From positions 168,559 to 232,558 of the forward strand of contig JANXSZ010000001.1 of assembly GCA_025356445.1 (NCBI GenBank): a stretch of DNA of 64,000 bases, given 5' to 3'. Under the pieces are notes generated by a model. It did no database searches. It saw only the letters and a list, made by a program, of their open reading frames with translations, and was not told where the DNA came from. Position 1 is the stretch's first letter. Every line of letters begins with the position of its first letter. Source of the stretch: Betaproteobacteria bacterium (GTDB lineage Bacteria > Pseudomonadota > Gammaproteobacteria > Burkholderiales > Burkholderiaceae_C). Both the position numbers and the translations under genes were made by a program. Positions 9,290 to 19,117 of this stretch are shown here, one piece after another.

Positions 9290-10516
9290 TTAAACGGATA
9301 CCAGTGGCATCGCTTGCTCGATCAAACTGGCATGCAACGCAGCACCCAACGGCAAAATATCGTCATTGAAATCGTAACGGCTGTTATGCAAATAACGACC
9401 ATCTTGGCCGCCCTGCCCGATGCGCAAATAAGCACCTTTGACCGCCTGAAGCATGAAGGAAAAATCTTCGCCCCCCATGCTGGGTGTCATGTTGCGTAAG
9501 ACTTGAGCCTCGCCAACCAAACTGGCCGCCACATCAGCAGCGAAATGCGCCTCAGGCGCCGTGTTGACGGTAGCTGGGTAGATGCGTTCGTAACGAATGA
9601 ACGCTTCAGCACCAAAACCCTGAGCGATGGACTGGCACAGCGCCGTTAAACGGGTCTCCACCAGCATCTGTATTTCTTCGCGGTAACTTCGCACGGTACC
9701 CACCAACACAGCCTCACCCGGCATCACACTCATCGCATCAGGATTACCCGCCTGCAAGGAACAAATACTGATAACAGCTTGGTCAAACGCAGACACATTG
9801 CGCGCCACAATGCTTTGTGCAGCGGTGATGATGTGAGCCGCGACCAACACCACATCAACAGCGTTATGCGGACGTGCGCCGTGCCCACCTTTGGCGTGAA
9901 CCGTAATTTCAATGCGGTCAACAGCGGCTTGCATAGGTCCAGGCGTCACGCCGATGATGCCCAATGGGGTTTCAGGAGAGTTGTGCTGGGCAAACACTTT
10001 GTCGCAGGGAAAGCGGTCAAACAAACCATCTTGCATCATCGCTCGAGCCCCAGCGTAGCCTTCCTCACCGGGTTGAAAAATAAGCACAGCGGTGCCGTCA
10101 AAGTGGCGAGTCTCGGCCAAATAGCGTGCAGCACCGATGAGCATGGCAGTGTGACCATCATGGCCGCAGGCATGCATCAAGCCGGATCGGGCAGATTTCC
10201 AACCGAATTCGTTATGCTCTTGCAAAGGCAAAGCGTCCATGTCTGCGCGCAGGCCAATAGCATTCGTACCTTGACCACGCCCACGCACCACCGCCACCAC
10301 ACCGGTTTTGCCGATACCGGTGTGCACCTCGTCCACACCACACAGGGTAAGCGCTTCTTTAACGCGGGCTGCGGTGTAAACCTCTTCAAAGCCCAGTTCA
10401 GGGTGGCTGTGCAAGTCACGGCGAAAAGCCGTCAACTCGGGATGGTATTCAGCAATTTTGGAGAAAATACGCCCACTGGCTTGGTAGCGGGGAGCCGTGT
10501 TCACGACAGTAGCCAC
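9290..10516 (-). CDS. M20D-family amidohydrolase (aminoacylase / hippurate-hydrolase-like)
   Basis: It has HPELGFEE and HACGHDGH metal-binding motifs. The track ORF extends to 10567 and would overlap the upstream permease. I place the start at the GTG at 10516, which is 4 nt after the permease TAA and preceded by GGAGGA. Confidence 0.85.
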   Translation of the reverse strand: MATVVNTAPRYQASGRIFSKIAEYHPELTAFRRDLHSHPELGFEEVYTAARVKEALTLCGVDEVHTGIGKTGVVAVVRGRGQGTNAIGLRADMDALPLQEHNEFGWKSARSGLMHACGHDGHTAMLIGAARYLAETRHFDGTAVLIFQPGEEGYAGARAMMQDGLFDRFPCDKVFAQHNSPETPLGIIGVTPGPMQAAVDRIEITVHAKGGHGARPHNAVDVVLVAAHIITAAQSIVARNVSAFDQAVISICSLQAGNPDAMSVMPGEAVLVGTVRSYREEIQMLVETRLTALCQSIAQGFGAEAFIRYERIYPATVNTAPEAHFAADVAASLVGEAQVLRNMTPSMGGEDFSFMLQAVKGAYLRIGQGGQDGRYLHNSRYDFNDDILPLGAALHASLIEQAMPLVSV

Positions 10517-10520
10517 GGGT

Positions 10521-11501
10521 TTAATGTCCTCCACCGTTGTCCATGCGCAAACGGGGATCAACAACAAAATACAACAAATCTACGACCAAATTGATGACCA
10601 CGAAGATCAGCGCAATCAGGCACAGGTAAGCAGCCATCACGGGAATATCTGCGAAAGTCACCGCTTGAATGAAAAGCAAACCCATGCCCGGCCACTGGAA
10701 TACAGTCTCGGTAATGATCGCAAAAGCGATCAACGAACCCAATTGCAGGCCAGTGATGGTGATGACGGGCACCAGCGTATTTTTAAGGGCATGGCCGAAG
10801 TGGATGGCACTATTGGTCAGTCCACGTGCGCGAGCAAACTTGATGTAGTCGGTACGCAGCACTTCCAGCATCTCGGCACGCACCAAACGCATGATGAGCG
10901 TAAGTTGAAAAACCGTTAAGGTAATGGCGGGTAACACCACATGGTGCCAGCCTGAAGCCGTCAATAAACCACTGCTCCACCAGCCCAGTTGCACCACATC
11001 GCCCCGGCCAAAACTGGGAAACCAGCCCAGCACCACAGCAAAGATCAAAATGAGCAAAATACCGATTAAGAAGGTGGGCAGCGATACACCTAGCAATGAC
11101 AAAGTCATGAACAGCTGACTGGCAAAACTACCTCGCTTTAAGGCGGCATAAACACCCATGGGAATACCTAAAACCAGCGCCAAAACCGCAGCCACCAAAG
11201 CCAACTCCAGCGTAGCAGGAAAACGCTCCGTCAATAGACGCGACACCTTGGCACCTTGGCGCAAGCTCAAACCAAACTCACCTTGTACGGCATTGGATAG
11301 AAAGTGCCAAAACTGTACAAAAAAAGGCTGATCGAGTCCTAAGTCAGCACGCAGTTGCAGAATTTGCTCGGGCTTCGCATCTTGACCCAGCAAACCAACA
11401 ACAGGGTCTCCCACATACTGAAACAGCATGAATGCAATAAAGGCCACTGCAACCAGAACGATCACAGCTTGCAAGAGGCGACGGAGAATGAATGTGAGCA
11501 T
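10521..11501 (-). CDS. peptide-type ABC transporter permease (DppB/OppB-like)
   Basis: The start is placed at the internal ATG (MLTFILRRLLQAVIVLVAVAF), which is the typical N-terminus of this family. It has an EAA loop YIKFARARGLTNSAIHFGHALKN. Confidence 0.9.
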   Translation of the reverse strand: MLTFILRRLLQAVIVLVAVAFIAFMLFQYVGDPVVGLLGQDAKPEQILQLRADLGLDQPFFVQFWHFLSNAVQGEFGLSLRQGAKVSRLLTERFPATLELALVAAVLALVLGIPMGVYAALKRGSFASQLFMTLSLLGVSLPTFLIGILLILIFAVVLGWFPSFGRGDVVQLGWWSSGLLTASGWHHVVLPAITLTVFQLTLIMRLVRAEMLEVLRTDYIKFARARGLTNSAIHFGHALKNTLVPVITITGLQLGSLIAFAIITETVFQWPGMGLLFIQAVTFADIPVMAAYLCLIALIFVVINLVVDLLYFVVDPRLRMDNGGGH

Positions 11502-11620
11502 GTAGATCGGTTTGTGGCAGACAAATGCTACCTGAGCAAGCCTTATGCCTGCTATGGGGATTTCCTTAAGTTCTTCAATACATACGAGGAAAGCAGAAAT
11601 TCTTTCCTCAGGCAACGGCT

Positions 11621-12409
11621 TTAAGGCGTCATTTTTTCAACCGATCGCACCAGGACTTGAAGCGGGCCATACCAAGCTTGGGCTGTCGTATGGGTGTTAT
11701 CGCTATCGGTCATGATACCCATGCCAATCAGCGCCCCAGGTGGTTCACCGTACAGTCGTTCAAAATCGGCAGTTATATCGCGCTCGTAATGCTGCCAACG
11801 GTTCAAATTCTCTGAGCCCGTTTCAACCACCAACTTGCGTATGCGGTCTGTGCGCGGACTGTTGATGATGGCGCCCAAAGGGCGCTGCTTACTCCATACG
11901 TACATCATGACGGCATAGGGCATTTCCTCACCGGTGATAGCACGGCTCAGTTCGTTAAGTACCGTATTTTTTGCTGAAAACTTGCTTCGATCCCCTTCAA
12001 AGGCTAAAACAATCCGCACCGGAGAATCGTCAAAATCACGCTGAGCCATATCTGCAGTAGCAATCAGGGCCGGGACTCTCCAGGAGAAACGGACAGAACC
12101 CAAGTCCGCAGGTGCTACGTTTACTTTGCGCCTCAACATACTGACAGAGGAGACGGCGTTAGCTTCCATAGCGTTGCGGCCATCAAGCTGAATCGCGGTA
12201 AATACAGTGGCTTGTTTACCTGGAAAAAGATGGTGATACCAACGGTTGGAATCTTGCACAACAGCTAATTTTCCATCTCGATCCACGAAGGTGCCTGAGG
12301 TTTGCGCCCACAAAGAATTTCCCCACGAGGAATTGACTGAGGGTTCTGGGGATGTAGCACAGGCTGTCAGAACGAAAATTAATATGAAGTGCAGCACATA
12401 CTTGAACAT
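11621..12409 (-). CDS. DUF3047-like lipoprotein of unknown function
   Basis: The start is placed at MFKYVLHFILIFVLTAC (lipobox LTAC). The body (SVRFSWRVPALIATADMAQRDFDDSPVRIVLAFEGDRS) matches my memory of the DUF3047 family. The region looks more A/T-rich than its neighbours by eye. Confidence 0.6.
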   Translation of the reverse strand: MFKYVLHFILIFVLTACATSPEPSVNSSWGNSLWAQTSGTFVDRDGKLAVVQDSNRWYHHLFPGKQATVFTAIQLDGRNAMEANAVSSVSMLRRKVNVAPADLGSVRFSWRVPALIATADMAQRDFDDSPVRIVLAFEGDRSKFSAKNTVLNELSRAITGEEMPYAVMMYVWSKQRPLGAIINSPRTDRIRKLVVETGSENLNRWQHYERDITADFERLYGEPPGALIGMGIMTDSDNTHTTAQAWYGPLQVLVRSVEKMTP

Positions 12410-12515
12410 AGTGAAATCGTTCGAAACAGGTGTGCCGTCATGACAAAGCCGCCTTATCTTACGACAAGGCGGCTTTATGAATTTCAAATTCGAACCGGCT
12501 TACACCGGCCATGAA

Positions 12516-13622
12516 TTAGAAGGAGTGCTTCACACCGAACTCGACACCGGAAGAGTTCTTGTTAGCAAAACCACCCACACCACCGGAGACACCAAATGCG
12601 GCACCGTTGCTGTTGTTGATTTGTGCGAAGGTGGTGTACACAGCGGTACGCTTGGACAAGTTGTACACATAACCAATGCCGAACTGACCAGCCTTGGAAC
12701 CAGCAGCGTTGTTAACCGTTGTACGGTTGTACGACACAGGAATGTAACCTTGACCCATAGGGATCGTGGCAGCAATCATGTATGTGTTGTAACGCGTGCC
12801 AGAGACACCGCTGTTGTTACGGTTGTAAGCACCGATCAAGTTAGCAACACCGAGGTCATACGACACGCCCAAGTTAGTCTGGGTGTAATCGCCAACGTCA
12901 GCCGCTTTGATTTTGCCTGTTGCAACAGCAACGTTCAATGGGCCTTGCTCGTAACCAATACGGAAGCCGATGTAGCTGCCATCTTTGTTGTTCGTGGTAT
13001 TGCTGGCTTTTTCGCCCAAGCCGATTTGAGCAGAACCGTACAAACCGGTGTTACCCACTGGGCCTGCACCTTGGTTGTACTGGTATGCAACGCTGTTTGA
13101 AACACGAGCGCCTACGCCGCTGGCAGCAGAAACGTTGTTTGTGGCTGCGCCACCGAAACCGGCACCATTCAGATTGCTGGACTGAGCAACGCCCAAGGTA
13201 CCAAACGGATCAAATACCGTGGTGTTCCAGAAAGAAGGCGTGTAATCACGGCCCAAGCGAACTTCACCGAAGTTGCCCATCAAGCTGACGGTTGAACGGC
13301 GGTTAAACACCAAACCGCTTGGTGCAGCAACAACAGCAGCTTGGTTGTTCGTGGTGGAGTTTTGGCCAATACCTGCATCAGGGTTCAGACCAGCTTCCAA
13401 CCAGAAACCAGCAGACATGCCGCCACCGAGGTCTTCAACACCACGGAAACCCAAACGGCTGGAGGACAGACCGCTGGTGTTCATTTTGGTGGCAGAACCA
13501 TTGTCTGCAGTGCGATAGCTACCCACGTTAGCGTCAACTACGCCGAACAGAGTTACGGAAGATTGTGCGGATGCAGCGCCAACTACGGCCAGGGCAGCCA
13601 AAGCAACTAGGGATTTTTTCAT
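12516..13622 (-). CDS. outer-membrane porin (Omp32/OmpC-superfamily), paralog 1
   Basis: It has a signal peptide MKKSLVALAALAVVGAASAQ, the N-terminus SSVTLFGVVD, RLGFRGVEDLGGG, and the C-terminal ...GVEFGVKHSF with terminal Phe. Confidence 0.92.
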   Translation of the reverse strand: MKKSLVALAALAVVGAASAQSSVTLFGVVDANVGSYRTADNGSATKMNTSGLSSSRLGFRGVEDLGGGMSAGFWLEAGLNPDAGIGQNSTTNNQAAVVAAPSGLVFNRRSTVSLMGNFGEVRLGRDYTPSFWNTTVFDPFGTLGVAQSSNLNGAGFGGAATNNVSAASGVGARVSNSVAYQYNQGAGPVGNTGLYGSAQIGLGEKASNTTNNKDGSYIGFRIGYEQGPLNVAVATGKIKAADVGDYTQTNLGVSYDLGVANLIGAYNRNNSGVSGTRYNTYMIAATIPMGQGYIPVSYNRTTVNNAAGSKAGQFGIGYVYNLSKRTAVYTTFAQINNSNGAAFGVSGGVGGFANKNSSGVEFGVKHSF

Positions 13623-13821
13623 TGCGAGTTTCTCCAAGGTTAAACATAGGGCTCCGGTGCGAACATTCTTTGAAGGAACGCTTCACGACGAGGGGTTTAT
13701 GGTGCTTGGCGTTTACTTGAGCAAACTGCCACAGCTTGATAACCCACCGGATTCCCGGGCCAACTTCTTTTTCGGAAGTTGTTGCTATTGCACCAGAGAG
13801 CGCGACTCACGCCTAGTTTTT

Positions 13822-13856
13822 ACGTGAAAAAATCACAAAAACGAGCAAGCTCGTTG
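13822..13856 (-). terminator. rho-independent terminator downstream of porin paralog 2
   Basis: On the minus strand: stem AACGAGC/GCTCGTT with a short loop, followed by TTTTTGTGATTTTTT. A second perfect 9-bp hairpin (CCAAGAACT...AGTTCTTGG) lies at 13893-13916. Confidence 0.6.
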
Positions 13857-13981
13857 CATTACTGCAACGAACTTACCCGTTTGCACCCCAAACCAAGAAC
13901 TACAAGCAGTTCTTGGTAAGGTTTATCAGCAATTTGGTTTGGTGAAGATCAGCTTGCACTGACCGTCATCAGAACAAAAGC

Positions 13982-15097
13982 TTAGAACGAATGCTTCAGA
14001 CCAAAATCCAGGCCGGTCGAATTGCCATTGGTACTAACGAGAGCATCATTGAGCGCAAAGGAAGCGCCATTCTTGCTCTTGGCGAAAGCAGCTGTCGTGT
14101 AGATAGCAGTACGCTTTGACAGGTTATAGACATAACCAACCATGAATTTGCCAGCAGAAGGATCACCTGCCACCAAATTCAGCTTTTGCTTGTAGTTCGC
14201 GTAAGAAGCACGCACTTCGCCTTGACCCATTGGTGCGCTCACGCCCAACAGATAACCTTGGCCTTTGATGTCGCCAGTGGTTGGCTTAACTTTGTCTTGA
14301 TTGTACAAAGCGAACAATTTAGCCACACCGAGGTCATACGTGCCACCAAAGTTGATGGTGTTTTCGTCGCCAGCAAAAGCGATGTTAGGTGCAACAGCCT
14401 TGTACTTTGTAGAACCGAAGGACAACGCAACGTTCAATGGACCTTGGGCGTAACCCAAGCGTGCACCGCCGCCCGTGCCGTCTTTTTTGCCAACAGTGGT
14501 CACACCAGCAACAACGGTATCAGCAGCGTTTTCACCCACGTAGTACTGAAGTTGGCCATAGAAACCACCGAGGTTGCTAGGTGCAAAGTAGTTAATCGAG
14601 TTAGAAACACGAACACCCTTGGTCACGGAAGACAAGCTCATCGCGCTGTCCATGATGGTGCTGCCAACACCCACGTCACCCGTAGGATCAAAGTCACCCA
14701 CGTTACGGTAGGTCACAGCGAAATCACGGCCCAAACGCACTTCACCGAAGCCGCCCATCAGGCTAACGGTTGAACGACGGTTGAATGTCAAGCCACCAGC
14801 AGTACCAGCACCAGTTGCTTGGTTGTTGGTGTTGGTTGCCTGGCCAAGACCAGAGTCAGTAGCGAGGCCGGACTCGAGCCAGAAGCCAGCAGTCAAACCA
14901 CCGCCGAGATCTTCAACACCACGGAAGCCCAAACGGCTGGTGGAATTGCCACCGCTGCCGAGCTTGGTCACGTTAGCCACAGAACCGCGGCCGTACTTGA
15001 CAGCAGCATCAGCCACGCCAAACAGGGTTACGGAAGACTGGGCCAATGCAGCACCAGAAGCGGCCAACACGGCCATAGCGACTAGGGTTTTTTTCAT
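13982..15097 (-). CDS. outer-membrane porin (Omp32/OmpC-superfamily), paralog 2
   Basis: It has a signal peptide MKKTLVAMAVLAASGAALAQ, SSVTLFGVADA, RLGFRGVEDLGGG, FNRRSTVSLMG, and the C-terminal GLDFGLKHSF. It is clearly paralogous to the adjacent porin. Confidence 0.92.
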   Translation of the reverse strand: MKKTLVAMAVLAASGAALAQSSVTLFGVADAAVKYGRGSVANVTKLGSGGNSTSRLGFRGVEDLGGGLTAGFWLESGLATDSGLGQATNTNNQATGAGTAGGLTFNRRSTVSLMGGFGEVRLGRDFAVTYRNVGDFDPTGDVGVGSTIMDSAMSLSSVTKGVRVSNSINYFAPSNLGGFYGQLQYYVGENAADTVVAGVTTVGKKDGTGGGARLGYAQGPLNVALSFGSTKYKAVAPNIAFAGDENTINFGGTYDLGVAKLFALYNQDKVKPTTGDIKGQGYLLGVSAPMGQGEVRASYANYKQKLNLVAGDPSAGKFMVGYVYNLSKRTAIYTTAAFAKSKNGASFALNDALVSTNGNSTGLDFGLKHSF

Positions 15098-15392
15098 TGC
15101 GAATTACTCCAAAGTTTAAAAGAGGACCTTGTCGTGAAGCGACTTGCTTCGGCACTTAGGTCTAACGTCCCGGTTAAGGATGTGCACAAATTGTATAAAA
15201 CTAAAGTTTCTACAAGAGAGGTTTCCCGAGGTTTATTTGTATTTTTACCAAAAAACAACAATCAACTCAGAATCCAATGATGAGGCAAACTACACACTTA
15301 AGAAGCGTACGCCTTTATCGTGAAGGTATCGTTACATTCCTGCCACTTTTTAAATGTGTACCAGTAGAGTGTTTTCCCTTAAGGTTAGTTCC

Positions 15393-16013
15393 ATGGATAT
15401 GTTCATAACAGCTGCTGATACGGCATTGCGCACCCTTTTTGCGCCGGCGCGCAGTAGCCGCGCTTGCCCTACGTTGCCCGATCAAGCGAGCGTGCTGAAT
15501 GAGGCGGACAAACAAATGGCAGGGGCACTCATGCGCGTCAACCATGTAGGGGAGGTGTGCGCGCAGGCTCTGTATGCAGCGCAAGCTCTGGCCACACAAA
15601 ACGCGGGTTTACGGGCATACTTTGTGACAGCAGCAGCAGAAGAAACCGACCACCTTGCATGGACGGAACAACGCTTAAGCGCATTAGGGGCACGGCCTTC
15701 ACTGCTGAACCCACTGTGGTACGCCGGGGCATTCAGTATCGGATTTGCAGCAGGAAAACTAGGCGGAGACAGGCTAAGTCTGGGTTTCGTAGAGGAAACT
15801 GAAAATCAAGTCACAGCACATTTGGAACAACACCTCAGCCGACTCCCTGCTGAAGATCATGCATCACGCGCAGTCGTCGCACAAATGAGGGACGATGAAG
15901 CGCGGCATGCCGCACAAGCGCATAACGCGGGTGCAGCACCGTTACCTCCACCGGTACGGAGCTTGATGCGCTTAGCATCTAAAGTAATGACTACCATAGC
16001 CTATCGAATCTAG
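15393..16013 (+). CDS. coq7: 2-polyprenyl-3-methyl-6-methoxy-1,4-benzoquinol hydroxylase, Coq7-type di-iron enzyme
   Basis: It has di-iron carboxylate motifs (MRVNHVGEVCAQALY, AAAEETDHLAW, VEETENQV, RDDEARHA). The start is placed at the ATG at 15393; the longer track ORF begins at 15354. Confidence 0.88.
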   Translation: MDMFITAADTALRTLFAPARSSRACPTLPDQASVLNEADKQMAGALMRVNHVGEVCAQALYAAQALATQNAGLRAYFVTAAAEETDHLAWTEQRLSALGARPSLLNPLWYAGAFSIGFAAGKLGGDRLSLGFVEETENQVTAHLEQHLSRLPAEDHASRAVVAQMRDDEARHAAQAHNAGAAPLPPPVRSLMRLASKVMTTIAYRI

Positions 16014-16019
16014 GCCTAA

Positions 16020-16054
16020 CCAAACGGTTCAACCGCGAACCGTTTGGTCTTTTG
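16020..16054 (+). terminator. rho-independent terminator between convergent coq7 and aspS
   Basis: Perfect 11-bp stem CCAAACGGTTC...GAACCGTTTGG followed by TCTTTTGG. Confidence 0.7.
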
Positions 16055-16068
16055 GATGGGTGCTTTTT

Positions 16069-17874
16069 TCAGGCAGTAAGTTCGGTATTGCGAAGACGAA
16101 TATGCAGTTCGCGCAGCTGCTTCTCATCCACGGGACTGGGGGCTTGCGTCAGCAAATCTTGCGCACGCTGGGTCTTGGGGAAAGCAATAACGTCACGAAT
16201 CGAATCTGCACCCGTCATCAGCATCACCAACCGGTCCAGGCCAATCGCGATACCGCCGTGCGGAGGCGCACCGTACTGCAAGGCATCCAACAGGAAGCCA
16301 AACTTGAGTTGCGCGTCTTCGGCGCTGATTTTGAGTGCGCGGAAGACCTTGCTCTGCACTTCTTCACGATGGATACGCACTGAACCACCACCCATCTCAA
16401 TGCCGTTCAACACCATGTCGTAGGCTTTGGCAATACATTGGTCAGGTGCGGTGTCCATCAGGTCTTCATGGCCATCTTTGGGTGCGGTGAAGGGATGGTG
16501 CACGGCAGACCACCGCTGGCCTTCTTCGTCGTACTCGAACATAGGAAAGTCCACCACCCACAATGGCGCCCAGCGGTCTTCAAACAGCCCCGTCTTTTTG
16601 CCAAAAGCGCTATGGCCGATCTTGATACGTAACGCACCAATGGCATCATTAACCACCTTGGCTTTATCGGCACCGAAAAACAGCAAATCGCCGTTTTTCG
16701 CACCTGTACGGGCCAGAATTTCACTGAGCGTTGCGTCATCCAGGTTTTTAACGATGGGACTCTGCAAGCCCTCACGGCCCGTAGCCACATCGTTGACCTT
16801 GATGTAAGCCAAACCCTTGGCACCGTAAATTTTGACGAATTCGGTATAGCCGTCAATCTCGCCACGACTCAAGCCGCCTTCGGCACCACCACCAGGCACA
16901 CGCAGAGCTACGACACGACCCTTGGGGCTGTTAGCGGCACCGGCGAACACTTTAAATTCCACTGTCTTCATCAACTCGGTCAACTCGGTGAATTGCAGCT
17001 TGACACGCAAATCAGGCTTATCCGAACCGTACAGGTGCATCGCATCGCCATAGGTCATCACAGGGAAGTCGCCCAAATCCACATTGGCCGCGTTCATGAA
17101 CACCTTGCGGATCATGCCTTGGAACATCTCGCGGATTTCCTCTTCGGCCATGAACGAGGTTTCGATGTCAATCTGGGTGAACTCAGGCTGGCGGTCAGCG
17201 CGCAGGTCTTCGTCGCGGAAGCATTTGGTGATTTGGTAGTAGCGGTCATAACCGGCCACCATCAGCAACTGCTTGAACAACTGAGGCGACTGGGGCAGCG
17301 CAAAGAAGCTGCCGTCATGCACGCGGCTGGGCACCAGGTAGTCACGTGCACCTTCGGGCGTAGACTTGCCGAGCATAGGGGTTTCGATGTCGATAAAGCC
17401 ATTGGCATCGAGAAACTTGCGGGTTTCCATCGTCACTTTGTAGCGCAACATCAGGTTACGCTGCATGGCAGGGCGACGCAGGTCCAGCACGCGGTGCGTG
17501 AGGCGAGTCGTCTCACTCAGATTGTCGTCATCAATCTGGAACGGAGGCGTGACAGAGGGGTTGAGCACCGTCAATTCATACGCCAGTACCTCAATTTTCC
17601 CGCTCTTCAAGCCATCGTTGACCGTGCCCTCTGGGCGCGCACGCACCAAGCCTTTGATCTGCACGCAGAATTCATTGCGCACCTCTTCGGCCACCTTGAA
17701 AGTATCAGCACGATCCGGATCGCAAACCACTTGCACATAGCCTTCGCGGTCGCGCACATCAATAAAAATCACGCCGCCATGGTCACGGCGACGGTTAACC
17801 CAACCACAGAGGGTCACGGTTTGGCCTAACAAAGCTTCGGTCACGAGACCGCAATAGTGGGAACGCATGGTCAT
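16069..17874 (-). CDS. aspS: aspartate--tRNA ligase
   Basis: It has class II aaRS motifs ([30 protein letters not shown]). The start is placed at [11 protein letters not shown], giving about 601 aa. Confidence 0.95.
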   Translation of the reverse strand: MTMRSHYCGLVTEALLGQTVTLCGWVNRRRDHGGVIFIDVRDREGYVQVVCDPDRADTFKVAEEVRNEFCVQIKGLVRARPEGTVNDGLKSGKIEVLAYELTVLNPSVTPPFQIDDDNLSETTRLTHRVLDLRRPAMQRNLMLRYKVTMETRKFLDANGFIDIETPMLGKSTPEGARDYLVPSRVHDGSFFALPQSPQLFKQLLMVAGYDRYYQITKCFRDEDLRADRQPEFTQIDIETSFMAEEEIREMFQGMIRKVFMNAANVDLGDFPVMTYGDAMHLYGSDKPDLRVKLQFTELTELMKTVEFKVFAGAANSPKGRVVALRVPGGGAEGGLSRGEIDGYTEFVKIYGAKGLAYIKVNDVATGREGLQSPIVKNLDDATLSEILARTGAKNGDLLFFGADKAKVVNDAIGALRIKIGHSAFGKKTGLFEDRWAPLWVVDFPMFEYDEEGQRWSAVHHPFTAPKDGHEDLMDTAPDQCIAKAYDMVLNGIEMGGGSVRIHREEVQSKVFRALKISAEDAQLKFGFLLDALQYGAPPHGGIAIGLDRLVMLMTGADSIRDVIAFPKTQRAQDLLTQAPSPVDEKQLRELHIRLRNTELTA

Positions 17875-17954
17875 ACTGAATTTCTCAGCACCCCCTGAAG
17901 GGCGCATTGCTAAAAATGGAACTTACGGAATAAAAAGCTTGAAAACGCTGCAAA

Positions 17955-18578
17955 TCACTTGCCCAAAAGGGTTGATGGCACAGCGATTGGAGAAACAACC
18001 CCCATGGAGACAACGTATTTCAGCGCCTCGTCTACACTCATGTTCAACTCGATGCAATCGCTCTTTTTGAGCATCACAAAGTAACCCCCTGTAGGGTTGG
18101 GCGTGGTCGGGACGTAAACGCTGAGGTACTCACCCTGCAAATAATTGACCACATCGCCACCGGGCGTACCCGTGACAAAACCGATTGTCCACACATCGGG
18201 ACGTGGCCATTGCACCAACACAGCAGTGCGAAAAGCGTTGCCAGTCTCGGAGAACAACGTGTCAGAAACCTGCTTCACGCCCGAATAAATCGAACGAACG
18301 ACAGGAATCCGGTTCAGCAGCGCATCCCACCATGCCACCAGTTTACGGCCCAGAAAGTTACTGGCGGTTGCCCCGACCAGCAACAAAATGGCCAATGCCA
18401 AAAGCACGCCAAAGCCGGGAATGTGAAAACCAATAAGCCGGTCTGGCTGCCAAGCCTCCGGCAAAATCAACAAGGTTTTGTCCAGTGTGGCAATCACGCC
18501 CTCCAACACCCAGGCGGTGATGGCGACAGGCACGATGACCAACAGACCGGCCAGTAGCCATTTGCGAAAAGCAGCCAT
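17955..18578 (-). CDS. DUF502-family membrane protein
   Basis: 207 aa with two N-terminal TM segments and a conserved soluble C-terminal part. Family recognised from memory. Confidence 0.7.
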   Translation of the reverse strand: MAAFRKWLLAGLLVIVPVAITAWVLEGVIATLDKTLLILPEAWQPDRLIGFHIPGFGVLLALAILLLVGATASNFLGRKLVAWWDALLNRIPVVRSIYSGVKQVSDTLFSETGNAFRTAVLVQWPRPDVWTIGFVTGTPGGDVVNYLQGEYLSVYVPTTPNPTGGYFVMLKKSDCIELNMSVDEALKYVVSMGVVSPIAVPSTLLGK

Positions 18579-18637
18579 TGTGGTGTGACCTGAGGGAAAA
18601 ATTGAAAGCGTGGAACAGACGAAAGCGCTTAACCGCG

Positions 18638-18994
18638 TCAGGCGGAGGGCGCACTGTCGGATTTGGGGGCTGCAGCCGTGGCTAGCGCAGGACTGGGGCT
18701 AACAGCAGCACCACTGGCTTTGCTGTCAGCACTGCTGCTGGCCGCGTCACCCGACGCTTTAGCGTCTGACTTGCTGTCTGTCGCCGTGGCCACCGCCGGG
18801 GCGGAGGTGCCACCACCTTTGAAATCAGTGGCATACCAGCCGGTACCTTTGAGCTGGAAGCCTGCTGCAGTGAGTTGTTTCTTGAACGTGGCCTTGCCAC
18901 AAGCGGGACAATCGCTCAAAGGAGCGTCCGACATTTTCTGCAAAACGTCTTTGGCAAGCCCGCAGGAATCGCATTTGTAAGCGTAGATGGGCAT
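18638..18994 (-). CDS. FmdB-family zinc-ribbon protein with low-complexity Ala/Ser/Asp tail
   Basis: MPIYAYKCDSCG...CPACG zinc ribbon followed by GFQLKGTGWY, then an A/S/D/K-rich tail. Confidence 0.85.
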   Translation of the reverse strand: MPIYAYKCDSCGLAKDVLQKMSDAPLSDCPACGKATFKKQLTAAGFQLKGTGWYATDFKGGGTSAPAVATATDSKSDAKASGDAASSSADSKASGAAVSPSPALATAAAPKSDSAPSA

Positions 18995-19117
18995 ATCAGT
19001 GGTGGAGGCTGTTGGGGTACAAAGCCTTCAATTATAGGTCTTCAGATTGTTTTCAAGGCTGCACAAAAGGAGCAACTTGGCCTCAATGACGCCTCAACTT
19101 GGCAGCCACGCTGGGTG

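Noticed and set aside
10517-10567. N-terminal extensions of track ORFs (M20 hydrolase to 10567, permease to 11615, DUF3047 to 12487, aspS to 17907, serA to 33734, ugpB from 33813, ugpE from 36104, porin from 39004, TPR/GT9 from 51385, proB to 57293)
   Set aside because: The extensions overlap upstream genes or precede obvious signal peptides and conserved N-termini. Internal starts with better spacing or a Shine-Dalgarno sequence were preferred. The exact starts remain unverified.
12516-15097. Lower GC of the porin genes as evidence of horizontal transfer
   Set aside because: Highly expressed outer-membrane protein genes commonly show distinct codon usage. The paralogs have typical lineage-specific Omp32-type sequence, and no mobility genes flank them.
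19031-19056. Promoter for fmdB-DUF502-aspS (minus-strand TATAAT at 19036-19031 with TTGAAA upstream)
   Set aside because: The spacer between the two hexamers is only 14 nt, outside the functional 16-18-nt range, so I did not annotate it.
19061-19110. Possible relationship between CAAGTTGAGGC / TGAGGCCAAGTTG words in the SSS-fmdB spacer and the GTTGAGGCAAGTT units upstream of proS
   Set aside because: The shared exact word is only 8 nt (GTTGAGGC). That is expected by chance about once or twice in 128 kb of two-strand sequence, and the phasing and context do not match.
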